Origin: a virus
Taxonomy: Duplodnaviria; Caudoviricetes
Reading direction: 5' to 3' (one strand)
DNA length: 64,000 nucleotides
Virus record (IMG/VR): IMGVR_UViG_3300035676_000001
Shown here: positions 16,920-25,468 of the stretch, piece after piece
How positions within the stretch are numbered: position 1 is the stretch's first letter
Layout of the letters: the number at the start of each line of letters is the position of its first letter
Program-made: the position numbers and the translations under genes
Notes under the pieces: generated by a model
What the model was told of the DNA's origin: nothing
Database searches by the model: none
Seen by the model: the letters and a program-made list of their open reading frames with translations, nothing else

Positions 16920-17296
16920 TTTGTTCCTCCAGTTTCAAATTTCGATTTTATAAAATTAAGTTGTTCTTTAGTAAGAATCCTCAAAGCTTGTTTTGCCTTC
17001 TCATTACTATAACCATAATAACGTTTGACATAATCAAGGTCTTTGATTTTATCTTGACGGAGCCAGGGAGAAAATCTCTTCTTTTTCCTCAGACTATTTA
17101 TAAAGAAGTCATATTGTATCTTTTTGGGGAGAAAATGATATCGATTCATTTCGTTTGCAAACATAATACAATCAATGTGCCCAGAGAGGCAACGATTAAT
17201 AATATACGGAGCATATTCCTTCTCAAGTGAAGGATCTTCGTCAATCAGATGTTGCTTCGTCTGATTGATCGAGTTTAACCAGTCCTTCAATTCCAT
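16916..17296 (-). CDS. gp62: Clamp loader small subunit
   Basis: MELKDWLNSIN...YAPYIINRCLS...YYGYSNEKA; start re-called. Confidence 0.9.
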   Translation of the reverse strand: MELKDWLNSINQTKQHLIDEDPSLEKEYAPYIINRCLSGHIDCIMFANEMNRYHFLPKKIQYDFFINSLRKKKRFSPWLRQDKIKDLDYVKRYYGYSNEKAKQALRILTKEQLNFIKSKFETGGTK

Positions 17297-18113
17297 AATT
17301 AAAAAGCAAGAGTTCTTTACGTTGTTTTTGCTCACGCATATATTCACCAACAGAACGCATTGTGTAAGTCAAATCAAACTCGGCAGCGTTCCAGTTCTTA
17401 AACCTATCTTTTACAAGTTGGTCCGTATTATAACTTACCAACATATCCATATTGTTGGAATTACAATCAGCAGCAAACTTATCGTGATCAAATCCTTTGT
17501 GCATTGATCCTTTGTTCCCATAGAGATTATCCTTAATATCATAAGGAGGATCGAGATACATAAAAGCACTCTTGTCTCCATCCATTAGATAATCGTAGGA
17601 ATAATTAGTTATGCGCCAATTCTTAATTATCTCAGAATACCCAGGCAACTTTTCAATCCCGCGCAGACTGAAGTTGGAGTTAGATGCTTGTTCTGAAAAT
17701 GAAGAACTTTCTGTGAGACCACTGAAAGAACACTTATTAACAACATAGAAAGCCACAGCACGATCGAAACTTGACACATCTTTATCATTGATCTTCTCCT
17801 TAGAAACTAAGAAAAGTTGTCTTGCTTTATCTGGAGTATTAGCAGTACTTTTAATAGTTGTAAGTGCATTGGAAAGATCAACACCAAACATCTGGAGTTG
17901 CTGCCAGAAGTTTACAAGAGGTTCGTAAAGATCATTCACCCAAATATCTAGGTTGGGATACTTTTTAGTGATATAAATTGCAACACTTCCACCACCAAGA
18001 AATGGTTCTCGGAACTCATCATAGTTGCGAAGGTCTGGAAAGTAAGGTCCCATCTTTTCACAAGCACGGGACTTACCACCTGGGTAGCGTAAAGGAGTTT
18101 TCAGGGATTTCAT
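17241..18113 (-). CDS. dam: DNA adenine methyltransferase (Dam/D12 class)
   Basis: LRYPGGKS, EPFLGGGSV, YLDPPY; start re-called at MKSLK. Confidence 0.92.
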   Translation of the reverse strand: MKSLKTPLRYPGGKSRACEKMGPYFPDLRNYDEFREPFLGGGSVAIYITKKYPNLDIWVNDLYEPLVNFWQQLQMFGVDLSNALTTIKSTANTPDKARQLFLVSKEKINDKDVSSFDRAVAFYVVNKCSFSGLTESSSFSEQASNSNFSLRGIEKLPGYSEIIKNWRITNYSYDYLMDGDKSAFMYLDPPYDIKDNLYGNKGSMHKGFDHDKFAADCNSNNMDMLVSYNTDQLVKDRFKNWNAAEFDLTYTMRSVGEYMREQKQRKELLLFNYGIEGLVKLDQSDEATSD

Positions 18114-18114
18114 A

Positions 18115-18669
18115 TTACCATTCATTAGATTCATCCTCCCATTTGTAAAGTTCATCAACAATTTCATGATATAGTTCTCTTACTTGGTTCTTAGGGGCGG
18201 GCAAAACACCCTTAGCAATATACTGAACATCCCTCTTATCAATCACAATATTGAGTCCAGATTTAGAAACGTTTTTTAAGGGATCAAAATTTTTCAATGC
18301 ATTCTCAAAAGATACTACCCCAAAATGACCCTGCATTTGATCAATTAAAAGCATTTGATCAAACTTTTTTTCAGGAAAAGCATTATTTACATTACCTTGA
18401 AAATTTTTAAGCGTTATTGGTTTTGTGTTAAAAGTAGCATCAGTTTGAAATAATTTATCTTTTCCCTTTGCCTCCCAACGGACATTATTATGAATAAAAT
18501 CGTGCCCTAAAGTGTCATCCAATCCAACGTAAGTTAAAGTGCTAGTTTTTTCAATTGCCTTTTCAACAAATACGGTTCTTGTAAATTTTTGTCCACCAAA
18601 ACGAAGGCAACGAGTGTATTTAATTACACCAATAACCATCGAGAAATCAAAATCAATCATTGTTTTCAT
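18115..18669 (-). CDS. Hypothetical protein, putative PD-(D/E)XK restriction-like endonuclease
   Basis: F.EKAIE...GHDF...RWEAKG pattern; 1 nt upstream of dam. Confidence 0.55.
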   Translation of the reverse strand: MKTMIDFDFSMVIGVIKYTRCLRFGGQKFTRTVFVEKAIEKTSTLTYVGLDDTLGHDFIHNNVRWEAKGKDKLFQTDATFNTKPITLKNFQGNVNNAFPEKKFDQMLLIDQMQGHFGVVSFENALKNFDPLKNVSKSGLNIVIDKRDVQYIAKGVLPAPKNQVRELYHEIVDELYKWEDESNEW

Positions 18670-18865
18670 AATCTTTAGGATGATACTTCAAATACTCTCT
18701 AAAAGTAAGTTTCATTTCTTTCTGCGTCATACCACAATGCTTTGCGGCAGCAGGAACAGTCATTTTGGCGCGAAAGAGACCTTCATTTGCCTCTTTTACA
18801 TTTTCAGGAGTTGTTTTTACAGGAATCTCATAAAGAGATGCCTTATCAATTTTAAGCAAACTCAT
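18653..18865 (-). CDS. Conserved hypothetical protein
   Basis: ORF track; overlaps both neighbours. Confidence 0.75.
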   Translation of the reverse strand: MSLLKIDKASLYEIPVKTTPENVKEANEGLFRAKMTVPAAAKHCGMTQKEMKLTFREYLKYHPKDYENND

Positions 18866-19803
18866 TTAAACTCACACTCCACCATTAGTTCAGTTAATGC
18901 AGCTAGGAGGTTAATTTCCTGATCAGCAACGAACGCAATTTGGTATTGATACTTAGCAATAACAAGAACGGCAGCGGGGATAGAGTTGGGAAGTAGAACG
19001 CTATAAAGGGCGTCATAAACCCTGCGAAGAATGAGAGAAGAATCGTTGTCCAAGTTGGCGACCACCCACTTTCGAACTTCGGAGAAGTTTTTTTCTTTGA
19101 GATGTTTAATGAGATCATTTACTGTAACGTCAGAGAAGGATGCAAGAATACCAGAGTCAATTTCGCCGCCCACCGAATACCTTTGACATTCGTTGAGGAC
19201 TCGGCGCCAATCTGGAAAATGTTTGTTAATCAGTTCGGCAAGGACTTTAGGATCGTATCGTACACCTTCCGCATCCAGGATGTCCTGTAAACGCTTGAAG
19301 AAGGATCCTGCCAGCTGGGTTTTTTCTTTTCCTTTAATCCCAAACTCGACGACTGCACATCGGGAGTGAAGGGGTTCGATGATTTTGTTTTTGTAGTTAC
19401 AGGTGAAGATGAAGCGGCAGTTACCAGCAAACTCCTCAATAAACGCCCGTAGGAGGAGTTGTACATCGTTTCCTGTATTATCTGCTTCGTCAATGATGAC
19501 GACTTTGTGTTTAGCATCTGACGAAAGCGAAACGGTCGAAGCGAAGTTCTTCGCATTGTTTCGGACAGTATCGAGGAATCTACCCTCGTCGGATCCATTG
19601 ATGACATAAACATCTACTCCCAATTCATTGCACAATGCTTTTGCTACGGTGGTCTTACCTACACCAGGAGGACCACAAAGAAGCATATTCGGAATTTCGC
19701 CTTTATTTAGAAAATCACTAAAGGTCTTTTTAATATTCTCAGGAAGAATACAATCTTCAATTGTTTTGGGACGATACTTTTCAACCCAAATAAAATTACT
19801 CAT
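18862..19803 (-). CDS. gp44: Clamp loader large subunit
   Basis: WVEKYRP, GPPGVGKTT, DEAD, SRC motifs. Confidence 0.96.
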   Translation of the reverse strand: MSNFIWVEKYRPKTIEDCILPENIKKTFSDFLNKGEIPNMLLCGPPGVGKTTVAKALCNELGVDVYVINGSDEGRFLDTVRNNAKNFASTVSLSSDAKHKVVIIDEADNTGNDVQLLLRAFIEEFAGNCRFIFTCNYKNKIIEPLHSRCAVVEFGIKGKEKTQLAGSFFKRLQDILDAEGVRYDPKVLAELINKHFPDWRRVLNECQRYSVGGEIDSGILASFSDVTVNDLIKHLKEKNFSEVRKWVVANLDNDSSLILRRVYDALYSVLLPNSIPAAVLVIAKYQYQIAFVADQEINLLAALTELMVECEFK

Positions 19804-19805
19804 AA

Positions 19806-19928
19806 TCAAATCCAATCAGGTTTTTTCAATTCACATGCGGGGACAATTTCCCACCATTCATTCCCATCAAAAATATACAATTTATGTGTATCTCTGTCAA
19901 GGAAGATGTCGCCTTTACTGTATTTCAT
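19806..19928 (-). CDS. 40-aa hypothetical protein (not in ORF track)
   Basis: MKYSKGDIFLDRDTHKLYIFDGNEWWEIVPACELKKPDWI; ATGA overlap with upstream gene. Confidence 0.6.
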   Translation of the reverse strand: MKYSKGDIFLDRDTHKLYIFDGNEWWEIVPACELKKPDWI

Positions 19929-20434
19929 ACCCATTCAGGTTTACGCTCAGGCATACGGAGATAATTATCCGCCACCCAAGGTTTGGAAGCAATATACATT
20001 TTGTATGCAGTGAATGTATCAATGCTTTCATCAAGTTTGTATTCGTCGGGCATAGCACGAACGAATGGAGTCACCTCAGTAATCTTTCCTTTGGGGAAAA
20101 GATAATATGCGGCAACAAGAGTATTATAACACGAATGCTGCTTACCATATCGCAGAGTATATTCGTCACACAGATTCATTCCGTGCTTAATCAACCAGTA
20201 TGCATTATGAATGGACTTTGCTGCCCATTGAGTACAAGGATGATTGCGAAAGGCACCCTTCTCAGTTGCATAGGTTGTTCCGTCTGCTTTGGGAAGAGTG
20301 CCGTAGTTATGATACCACTTAGATGCTACAATGGAAAGCATTTGACAGCATTCCAAAGGCATCTTGACGATATGTTTGTCGGGAAGGCATACTGCCGACT
20401 CAGCAGGAAATTCGTTGGTTACAAAGATGTTCAT
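19925..20434 (-). CDS. Pyrimidine-dimer DNA glycosylase (DenV-like) family protein
   Basis: MNIF...DKHIVKMPLE..QMLS...NHPCT.W pattern. Confidence 0.7.
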   Translation of the reverse strand: MNIFVTNEFPAESAVCLPDKHIVKMPLECCQMLSIVASKWYHNYGTLPKADGTTYATEKGAFRNHPCTQWAAKSIHNAYWLIKHGMNLCDEYTLRYGKQHSCYNTLVAAYYLFPKGKITEVTPFVRAMPDEYKLDESIDTFTAYKMYIASKPWVADNYLRMPERKPEWV

Positions 20435-20856
20435 CAGAGACAATACTTTCGAATTACATACTTTACTTTTTCTGGTTTATCTTCCATCCAATATGCTTCG
20501 TGTTCTATACGATAAGAAGCAGTAGATGACTTTACAGAATTATGAACATCTATAATTTTGTTAGCTGGAAGAAACATATCATTTAAAGATATTCCAAAAG
20601 GTTTGTATCCATTGCACAAATGCCCAACATGAGTAGCTTCATGATACACAGTTTCATTCACATAGTGCTTAACATCAAACCCACTGATTTTGATGTTATT
20701 TGTGCAGATAACAAACTTATTTCCAAAGTCTGCATATCCAAAGATATTTTTGTCTCTACAGTATCCAACATTTTCGTGAACACTGTAGTTTGCTCGATAA
20801 ACATCTTGAATAATTTCACGACCGATGGGGGTCAGATAAAGAAGAAATTCCATCAA
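20434..20856 (-). CDS. Hypothetical protein with HExxH motif
   Basis: VYHEATHVGH ... EHEAY. Confidence 0.7.
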   Translation of the reverse strand: MMEFLLYLTPIGREIIQDVYRANYSVHENVGYCRDKNIFGYADFGNKFVICTNNIKISGFDVKHYVNETVYHEATHVGHLCNGYKPFGISLNDMFLPANKIIDVHNSVKSSTASYRIEHEAYWMEDKPEKVKYVIRKYCL

Positions 20857-21539
20857 CCAAAAGTCGAATCAGGTTCCAGAGCAATATAATACTTCAGATT
20901 GTACTTGGTGTTGCTGAATTGGGACAGAAGTTTTTCCGACACGACCACATCATAGGCACCAGGAATAATCTTGATATTTTCCACCTTGAAGTTGAAGGTG
21001 AATTCCTTATCAGTCTCACCAACCACAATAGAATACTCGTTAGAGGTGTCGTTCTTCTTATCACGAACCACCAGACGAATCACACCCGACTCACCAACTG
21101 CCGACAGGTCAGGAAGTTGATAGACCGCTGCTGCCTTCACCAGTTTCTCAAGAGAAGCACTCTCCAGTTGGAAACATACATCTTTAGAAGGAAGTTGAAT
21201 CTCCTTATCGGGAGGAGAGATAATCACATTCGGGTCAGCATAGAAATACTTCACACGACGCTTACCTTCACGAATAGTGATATAAGAATCTTCAGTAAAG
21301 TCAAGGTCAGGGTCTTGGTGAAGACTCAAACCATTCAGGAACTGATTGAGGTCATAAACTGCGAAGTCACGAGGAAACTCTTCAGTAATATCTGCTTCAG
21401 CAAGAATATTCTTAGCAACAGAAATAGTGCGAAGACGAGTCCCTTGCTTTACCAGAATTGAATTATTGATTCCAGCAAAGTTCTTGAGAATAGTCAGAGA
21501 GTTATCAGAGAGTTTCATAGTTTGAGGTTTGAGTTTCAT
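20853..21539 (-). CDS. gp45: Sliding clamp
   Basis: MKLS...LKNFAGINNSI...YDLNQFL...YYIALE. Confidence 0.94.
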   Translation of the reverse strand: MKLKPQTMKLSDNSLTILKNFAGINNSILVKQGTRLRTISVAKNILAEADITEEFPRDFAVYDLNQFLNGLSLHQDPDLDFTEDSYITIREGKRRVKYFYADPNVIISPPDKEIQLPSKDVCFQLESASLEKLVKAAAVYQLPDLSAVGESGVIRLVVRDKKNDTSNEYSIVVGETDKEFTFNFKVENIKIIPGAYDVVVSEKLLSQFSNTKYNLKYYIALEPDSTFG

Positions 21540-21541
21540 AA

Positions 21542-21895
21542 TCAACGGAATTCGGTCAGACCATTATCCTGACGAGAATAATGACCATCAAAGTGGAGCA
21601 GTAGCATAGCATAGTGAATGACTTTCATCAAGTCACGCTTGTTGCGACCATCCTTATCACCATAACGGCTTCCGTACTTAAGGATGTTTGCCTGACAAAA
21701 ACCTGCTGCGAGTTTCTTTGCTGCCATCAGATCAATTGTTTGAATATCAGCATAACCAGATTCATCACCGCAATAATGACCGTGATAAGTGCTGGTCACA
21801 TAATCCTCAACATCTTTGAGGATTTTGTCTTCATTGTATTTCCAAAGATGATTTGTTTTTTCAGTCATAGTAATAGTAAAGGTCGAATCACTCAT
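21542..21895 (-). CDS. DUF3310-like hypothetical protein
   Basis: HY...TID...GF...NILKY..RYG.KDG...DL.K; start uncertain. Confidence 0.7.
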   Translation of the reverse strand: MSDSTFTITMTEKTNHLWKYNEDKILKDVEDYVTSTYHGHYCGDESGYADIQTIDLMAAKKLAAGFCQANILKYGSRYGDKDGRNKRDLMKVIHYAMLLLHFDGHYSRQDNGLTEFR

Positions 21896-21924
21896 AAAGG
21901 AAAGGCATATTTTTACCTTCCCCA

Positions 21925-21953
21925 ATTATATCAGAAAGGAGCAGGTTGGTCAA
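21925..21953 (-). promoter_or_regulatory. Sigma70-like promoter TTGACC-N17-TATAAT
   Basis: Near-consensus boxes overlapping the end of the AAA gene. Confidence 0.8.
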
Positions 21954-23064
21954 CGTATTCTACAGTCAGTTCAGGACCAGTAGAAGGCATCTGGAAGTCA
22001 GCATCAATTTTATCGTAGAGTTCCAGGAAGGCAGTTTTAGTTTCATCATCAAAACGATTGATGCAAACTTGAATTGCTTTTGCTTTATCATTGAAGATGC
22101 TATAAGCACGAATGATATGAACCAGGCGACGGGTAGAGATGATCTCTTCAATACCACCATCATAGAAGGTCTTACGAATCACATCACCCCAATCAACCAG
22201 ACGCTTGCAGAAGTCACGGTCTTCCACACCAAGGTCCAGAGCGATGCCTTCCAGAATCTTCTGTTCGGTAGCAGGAGCAGGATAGGACTGCTCAAAGGTC
22301 ACAGGGAACCGCTCCAGGAACGCCTCATTGAGCACATTGGTGCCGATGAAGCGACCATCATCAGAGCCCTTACCCTTGGTGTTGGCGGTGGCGAACACGT
22401 TGAAACCAGCGACAGGTTTCACGAAGCGACCAATCTTTTTCAGGAAGACACCTTTACCTTCAAGGACAGATTGCAGACACAGAATCTTGTTGGATGCAAG
22501 GTCAATTTCATCCAGCAGCAGAATCGCACCGCGCTCCAGTGCCTCAATCACAGGACCATTGTGCCAGACAGTCTCACCATTCACCAGACGGAAACCACCA
22601 ATCAGGTCATCTTCATCAGTCTCAATGGTGATGTTAACACGAATCAACTCACGCTTCAGTTGAGCACAAGCTTGCTCCACACTGAACGTTTTACCATTAC
22701 CCGAAAGACCCGTAACGAACGTCGGATAAAAAATACGGGACTGAATAATTTTTTTAATATCGTTAAAGTTACCAAACTTGACGAAGGTATCATCTTTATC
22801 GGGAATAAGGTTTTGTTCCACAGCAGGAAGAGCAGCAGGAGATTGATATGCTTGCTCCATTTTACCAACAACAGTAGGGGTGACTTCCAGATTCCAGCGA
22901 CCACGAGAAGTCTTGAACTGCTCCAAACGACGGGTCACAGTCTGATAGTTCAGACTACGAGAAGCACAGAAACCCTTGATGTCGCCAGCAGAGAGTTCAG
23001 AACCAAACAGGGATTGGAGTTCAGAAATCAGTTGGTCGTCAGTCACAGAAGATTTGCGGGGCAT
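21931..23064 (-). CDS. cobS: CobS-like/MoxR-family AAA+ ATPase
   Basis: GLSGNGKT, LLLDEID, ATANTKG, LNEAFLERF. Confidence 0.88.
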   Translation of the reverse strand: MPRKSSVTDDQLISELQSLFGSELSAGDIKGFCASRSLNYQTVTRRLEQFKTSRGRWNLEVTPTVVGKMEQAYQSPAALPAVEQNLIPDKDDTFVKFGNFNDIKKIIQSRIFYPTFVTGLSGNGKTFSVEQACAQLKRELIRVNITIETDEDDLIGGFRLVNGETVWHNGPVIEALERGAILLLDEIDLASNKILCLQSVLEGKGVFLKKIGRFVKPVAGFNVFATANTKGKGSDDGRFIGTNVLNEAFLERFPVTFEQSYPAPATEQKILEGIALDLGVEDRDFCKRLVDWGDVIRKTFYDGGIEEIISTRRLVHIIRAYSIFNDKAKAIQVCINRFDDETKTAFLELYDKIDADFQMPSTGPELTVEYVDQPAPF

Positions 23065-23097
23065 AATGTAGTTAGGTGGTTTTGTTTAACTGAAGTA

Positions 23098-23153
23098 ATT
23101 ATAACAGCAAAAAGGGGGTCTTGGACCCCCCAATGGACAGTTTGAAAATTGGT
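23098..23153 (-). promoter_or_regulatory. Putative early promoter: 7-4-7 palindrome + terminator hairpin + TATAAT
   Basis: ACCAATT-TTCA-AACTGTC 32 bp upstream of TATAAT; GGGGGTC/GACCCCC hairpin plus U-run between. Confidence 0.65.
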
Positions 23154-25298
23154 TCAGGCAACGAGTTCGATAAACTCACCAAGAATACGCTTGTTCATTT
23201 TTTTAGACTTCAGACTCTTCACAAAAGCAGATTTAATTTGTGCTTTAGAAGCATCCTCCGAAACCGCAAACTCAGTGTCTTGGGCTAGAGCAGTAGCAGA
23301 GAGACCGAAGTAAGAATGATACCCAGACTTTTTAATCGTAAATGTCTTTTCCTTTCTCCAAGAACCCATCACCTTATCAAAATCGGGACCATAATATCCA
23401 CAATAACGGCGAATAAAATTACCAGCATCACGAGACTCAAGAACACGAATACCAATGAAGTTAATATCGGCAAACTTGTCCCGCAGATTGCGAAGAAAAA
23501 CATCAGTCATTTGATACCATTCACAATCCAAAGAATAGGTACTTCCAGTCTTACGGTCACGCAAGAATGACCCAAATCCAATCGCAGCAGTTCCCAGAAA
23601 AGGATTATCTTCCCAATGACGCTTCACTTCGCGGTGATACTTAATACCACAAGCTTCACCATCAGTCAGAACAACACACTGGACTTTCTGAAGTTTATTT
23701 TCTTTCTGAAACTTAGGAAGAATCTGATGAAGAGAAATAAGTGCCTCGTTCAAAGGAGTTCCTGAGAGAGAAAGACCCAAAGGAATCTGATAAGAAGTAT
23801 AGCAGTTACGCCCAAAAGAATAAGCAAGACGGAAGATATTCTTCATCTGCTCTTCAAGAGTCTTACCATTCACTTGACTGGTGAGCAGATTCATCATCGA
23901 GAACCATTCTCCAACTTGAATCATACCAGCTTGCTTTTCGTAAGCAAGTTCACGAAGATTTGCCTTACCATTCTCATCATAAGAAACCAGAGGATAATCA
24001 GTCGTGAAAGCATAAACCTCAAACGGAATCGAAACTTTCTTACAGAACCAAACAAGATTGAAGAGTTGCTTGACCGTATCCAGCATCACATCACACATCG
24101 AACCAGACCAGTCCAGAACGAACACCAGACCGTGATTCTTGCCGTTAGCAAGAGTTGTAACCTTCCTGAACAGGTCTTCGTTGTATTTGTAGGTATGAAG
24201 TTTAGAGCAGTCTAGAACACCAGTGCGGGCAGTCGTAGCACGGGCATAGGAGTCTGCTGCCTTACGACACTCAAACTCTTTGACCAAATAATTGACTTCT
24301 TTCTGTGCCGAACGCTTGAACTCTACAAACTGCTTATCAACTTCACCAAAGATGTCTTCATACTTATATTCACGGTCTTCAATGAAAGAATCCCAGGTAT
24401 TTTTACAGTTAGAATGAATATCAGCGTTCGGAACAATTACTTTTTTCAGGTCAAGTTTAGGCAGTTCCAGATAAACATTTTCAGGACCACTATTATTGAC
24501 GAGTTCTTTCAGTGCCTCTTCCAGAGAATCCATTGTCTTCACTTCAGGTTCTTCATTCCTCTCACCACCTTGATTACTTGAAGTCGGTTGCTGCTCCTGC
24601 TCTGCGGACCCACCATAAGAATCAGTTTCGCCAGGTTGCTCCTGGTCATTCTCACCTTCCTGTTGGTCAATAAAATCGGAAGCAGGTTGATTATTAGCAC
24701 CATCCTGCTGCGACTCAAGATTATCCAGAGAAATCTTGGTTTCTTCCTGCTGCTTTTGCTTACAATACTTGTAGAGTGCTTCTGCAGCAATCAGGACATC
24801 TGCAAAAGATTCAGAAGCATCAATCAGATTGATAATTTCCTTCTCTTCTGCAGTAAAGTTCAAATCCAAGAAGTTACCAATCTTGAAATAAAGATTCGCA
24901 CGGTCGGCAAGATTATAAGTTTCCAGTTTATCATCACCAATCTGAAAGAAGTCATCATCGGCAAGTTCCTTGTAACCGTTAAAGAAAGTCTTGGCAAGAC
25001 CAGCATAACGACGCTTCATCAGTTTCTCAATGCGAGCATCCTCAACCACATTCACAAACTGTGGGGGAATCTTATGCTCCTTCAACCAGTCTTCATCAGG
25101 TGTATAGAGAGCGTGACCCACTTCGTGACCCACCAGAAGGTCATAGACAGTGTTGCTTGCCTTATCCCACATAGGCAGAGTCAGAACACGGGTATGAACA
25201 TTAAAGCAGGCAGTCTCCACCTTCTTATGCTCAACCACAAGGTCTTCGGTAGCAAGAAGCTTTGCGAGTTGGGACTTAATTTCGTGGCGGACAGTCAT
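23154..25298 (-). CDS. CobT-like vWA-domain protein with N-terminal HExxH
   Basis: HEVGH; MIDAS LDWSGSM, GTPL, LTDGE. Confidence 0.85.
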   Translation of the reverse strand: MTVRHEIKSQLAKLLATEDLVVEHKKVETACFNVHTRVLTLPMWDKASNTVYDLLVGHEVGHALYTPDEDWLKEHKIPPQFVNVVEDARIEKLMKRRYAGLAKTFFNGYKELADDDFFQIGDDKLETYNLADRANLYFKIGNFLDLNFTAEEKEIINLIDASESFADVLIAAEALYKYCKQKQQEETKISLDNLESQQDGANNQPASDFIDQQEGENDQEQPGETDSYGGSAEQEQQPTSSNQGGERNEEPEVKTMDSLEEALKELVNNSGPENVYLELPKLDLKKVIVPNADIHSNCKNTWDSFIEDREYKYEDIFGEVDKQFVEFKRSAQKEVNYLVKEFECRKAADSYARATTARTGVLDCSKLHTYKYNEDLFRKVTTLANGKNHGLVFVLDWSGSMCDVMLDTVKQLFNLVWFCKKVSIPFEVYAFTTDYPLVSYDENGKANLRELAYEKQAGMIQVGEWFSMMNLLTSQVNGKTLEEQMKNIFRLAYSFGRNCYTSYQIPLGLSLSGTPLNEALISLHQILPKFQKENKLQKVQCVVLTDGEACGIKYHREVKRHWEDNPFLGTAAIGFGSFLRDRKTGSTYSLDCEWYQMTDVFLRNLRDKFADINFIGIRVLESRDAGNFIRRYCGYYGPDFDKVMGSWRKEKTFTIKKSGYHSYFGLSATALAQDTEFAVSEDASKAQIKSAFVKSLKSKKMNKRILGEFIELVA

Positions 25299-25468
25299 TT
25301 GATTTGAATCGTATGTGTATATGATACAAAAGAACCTCCCTTTTTGGGGGAGGTCATGTGCCGCTTTTTGAAGTGGCTCAGTCGTGCTTTTGCTTGTCGG
25401 AGTGCTTGCGGTTTCAGTTTCCGCTTCTGCTCCTTCTTAGAATGGTGGTAGCGGTTGGGGACTTGCAT
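25295..25468 (-). CDS. 57-aa basic hypothetical protein (not in ORF track)
   Basis: MQVPNRYHHSKKEQKRKLKPQALRQAKARLSHF...; coupled to gp46 stop and vWA start. Confidence 0.65.
   Translation of the reverse strand: MQVPNRYHHSKKEQKRKLKPQALRQAKARLSHFKKRHMTSPKKGGSFVSYTHTIQIK
25321..25377 (-). promoter_or_regulatory. Putative early promoter: 7-4-7 palindrome + hairpin + TATCAT
   Basis: GCCACTT-CAAA-AAGCGGC 33 bp upstream of -10; ACCTCCC/GGGAGGT hairpin. Confidence 0.65.

Noticed and set aside
21946-23145. 399-aa plus-strand ORF (also 19628-20515, 24588-25307, 26443-27156)
   Set aside because: Antisense shadows of well-supported minus-strand genes, with no motifs, RBS or promoter
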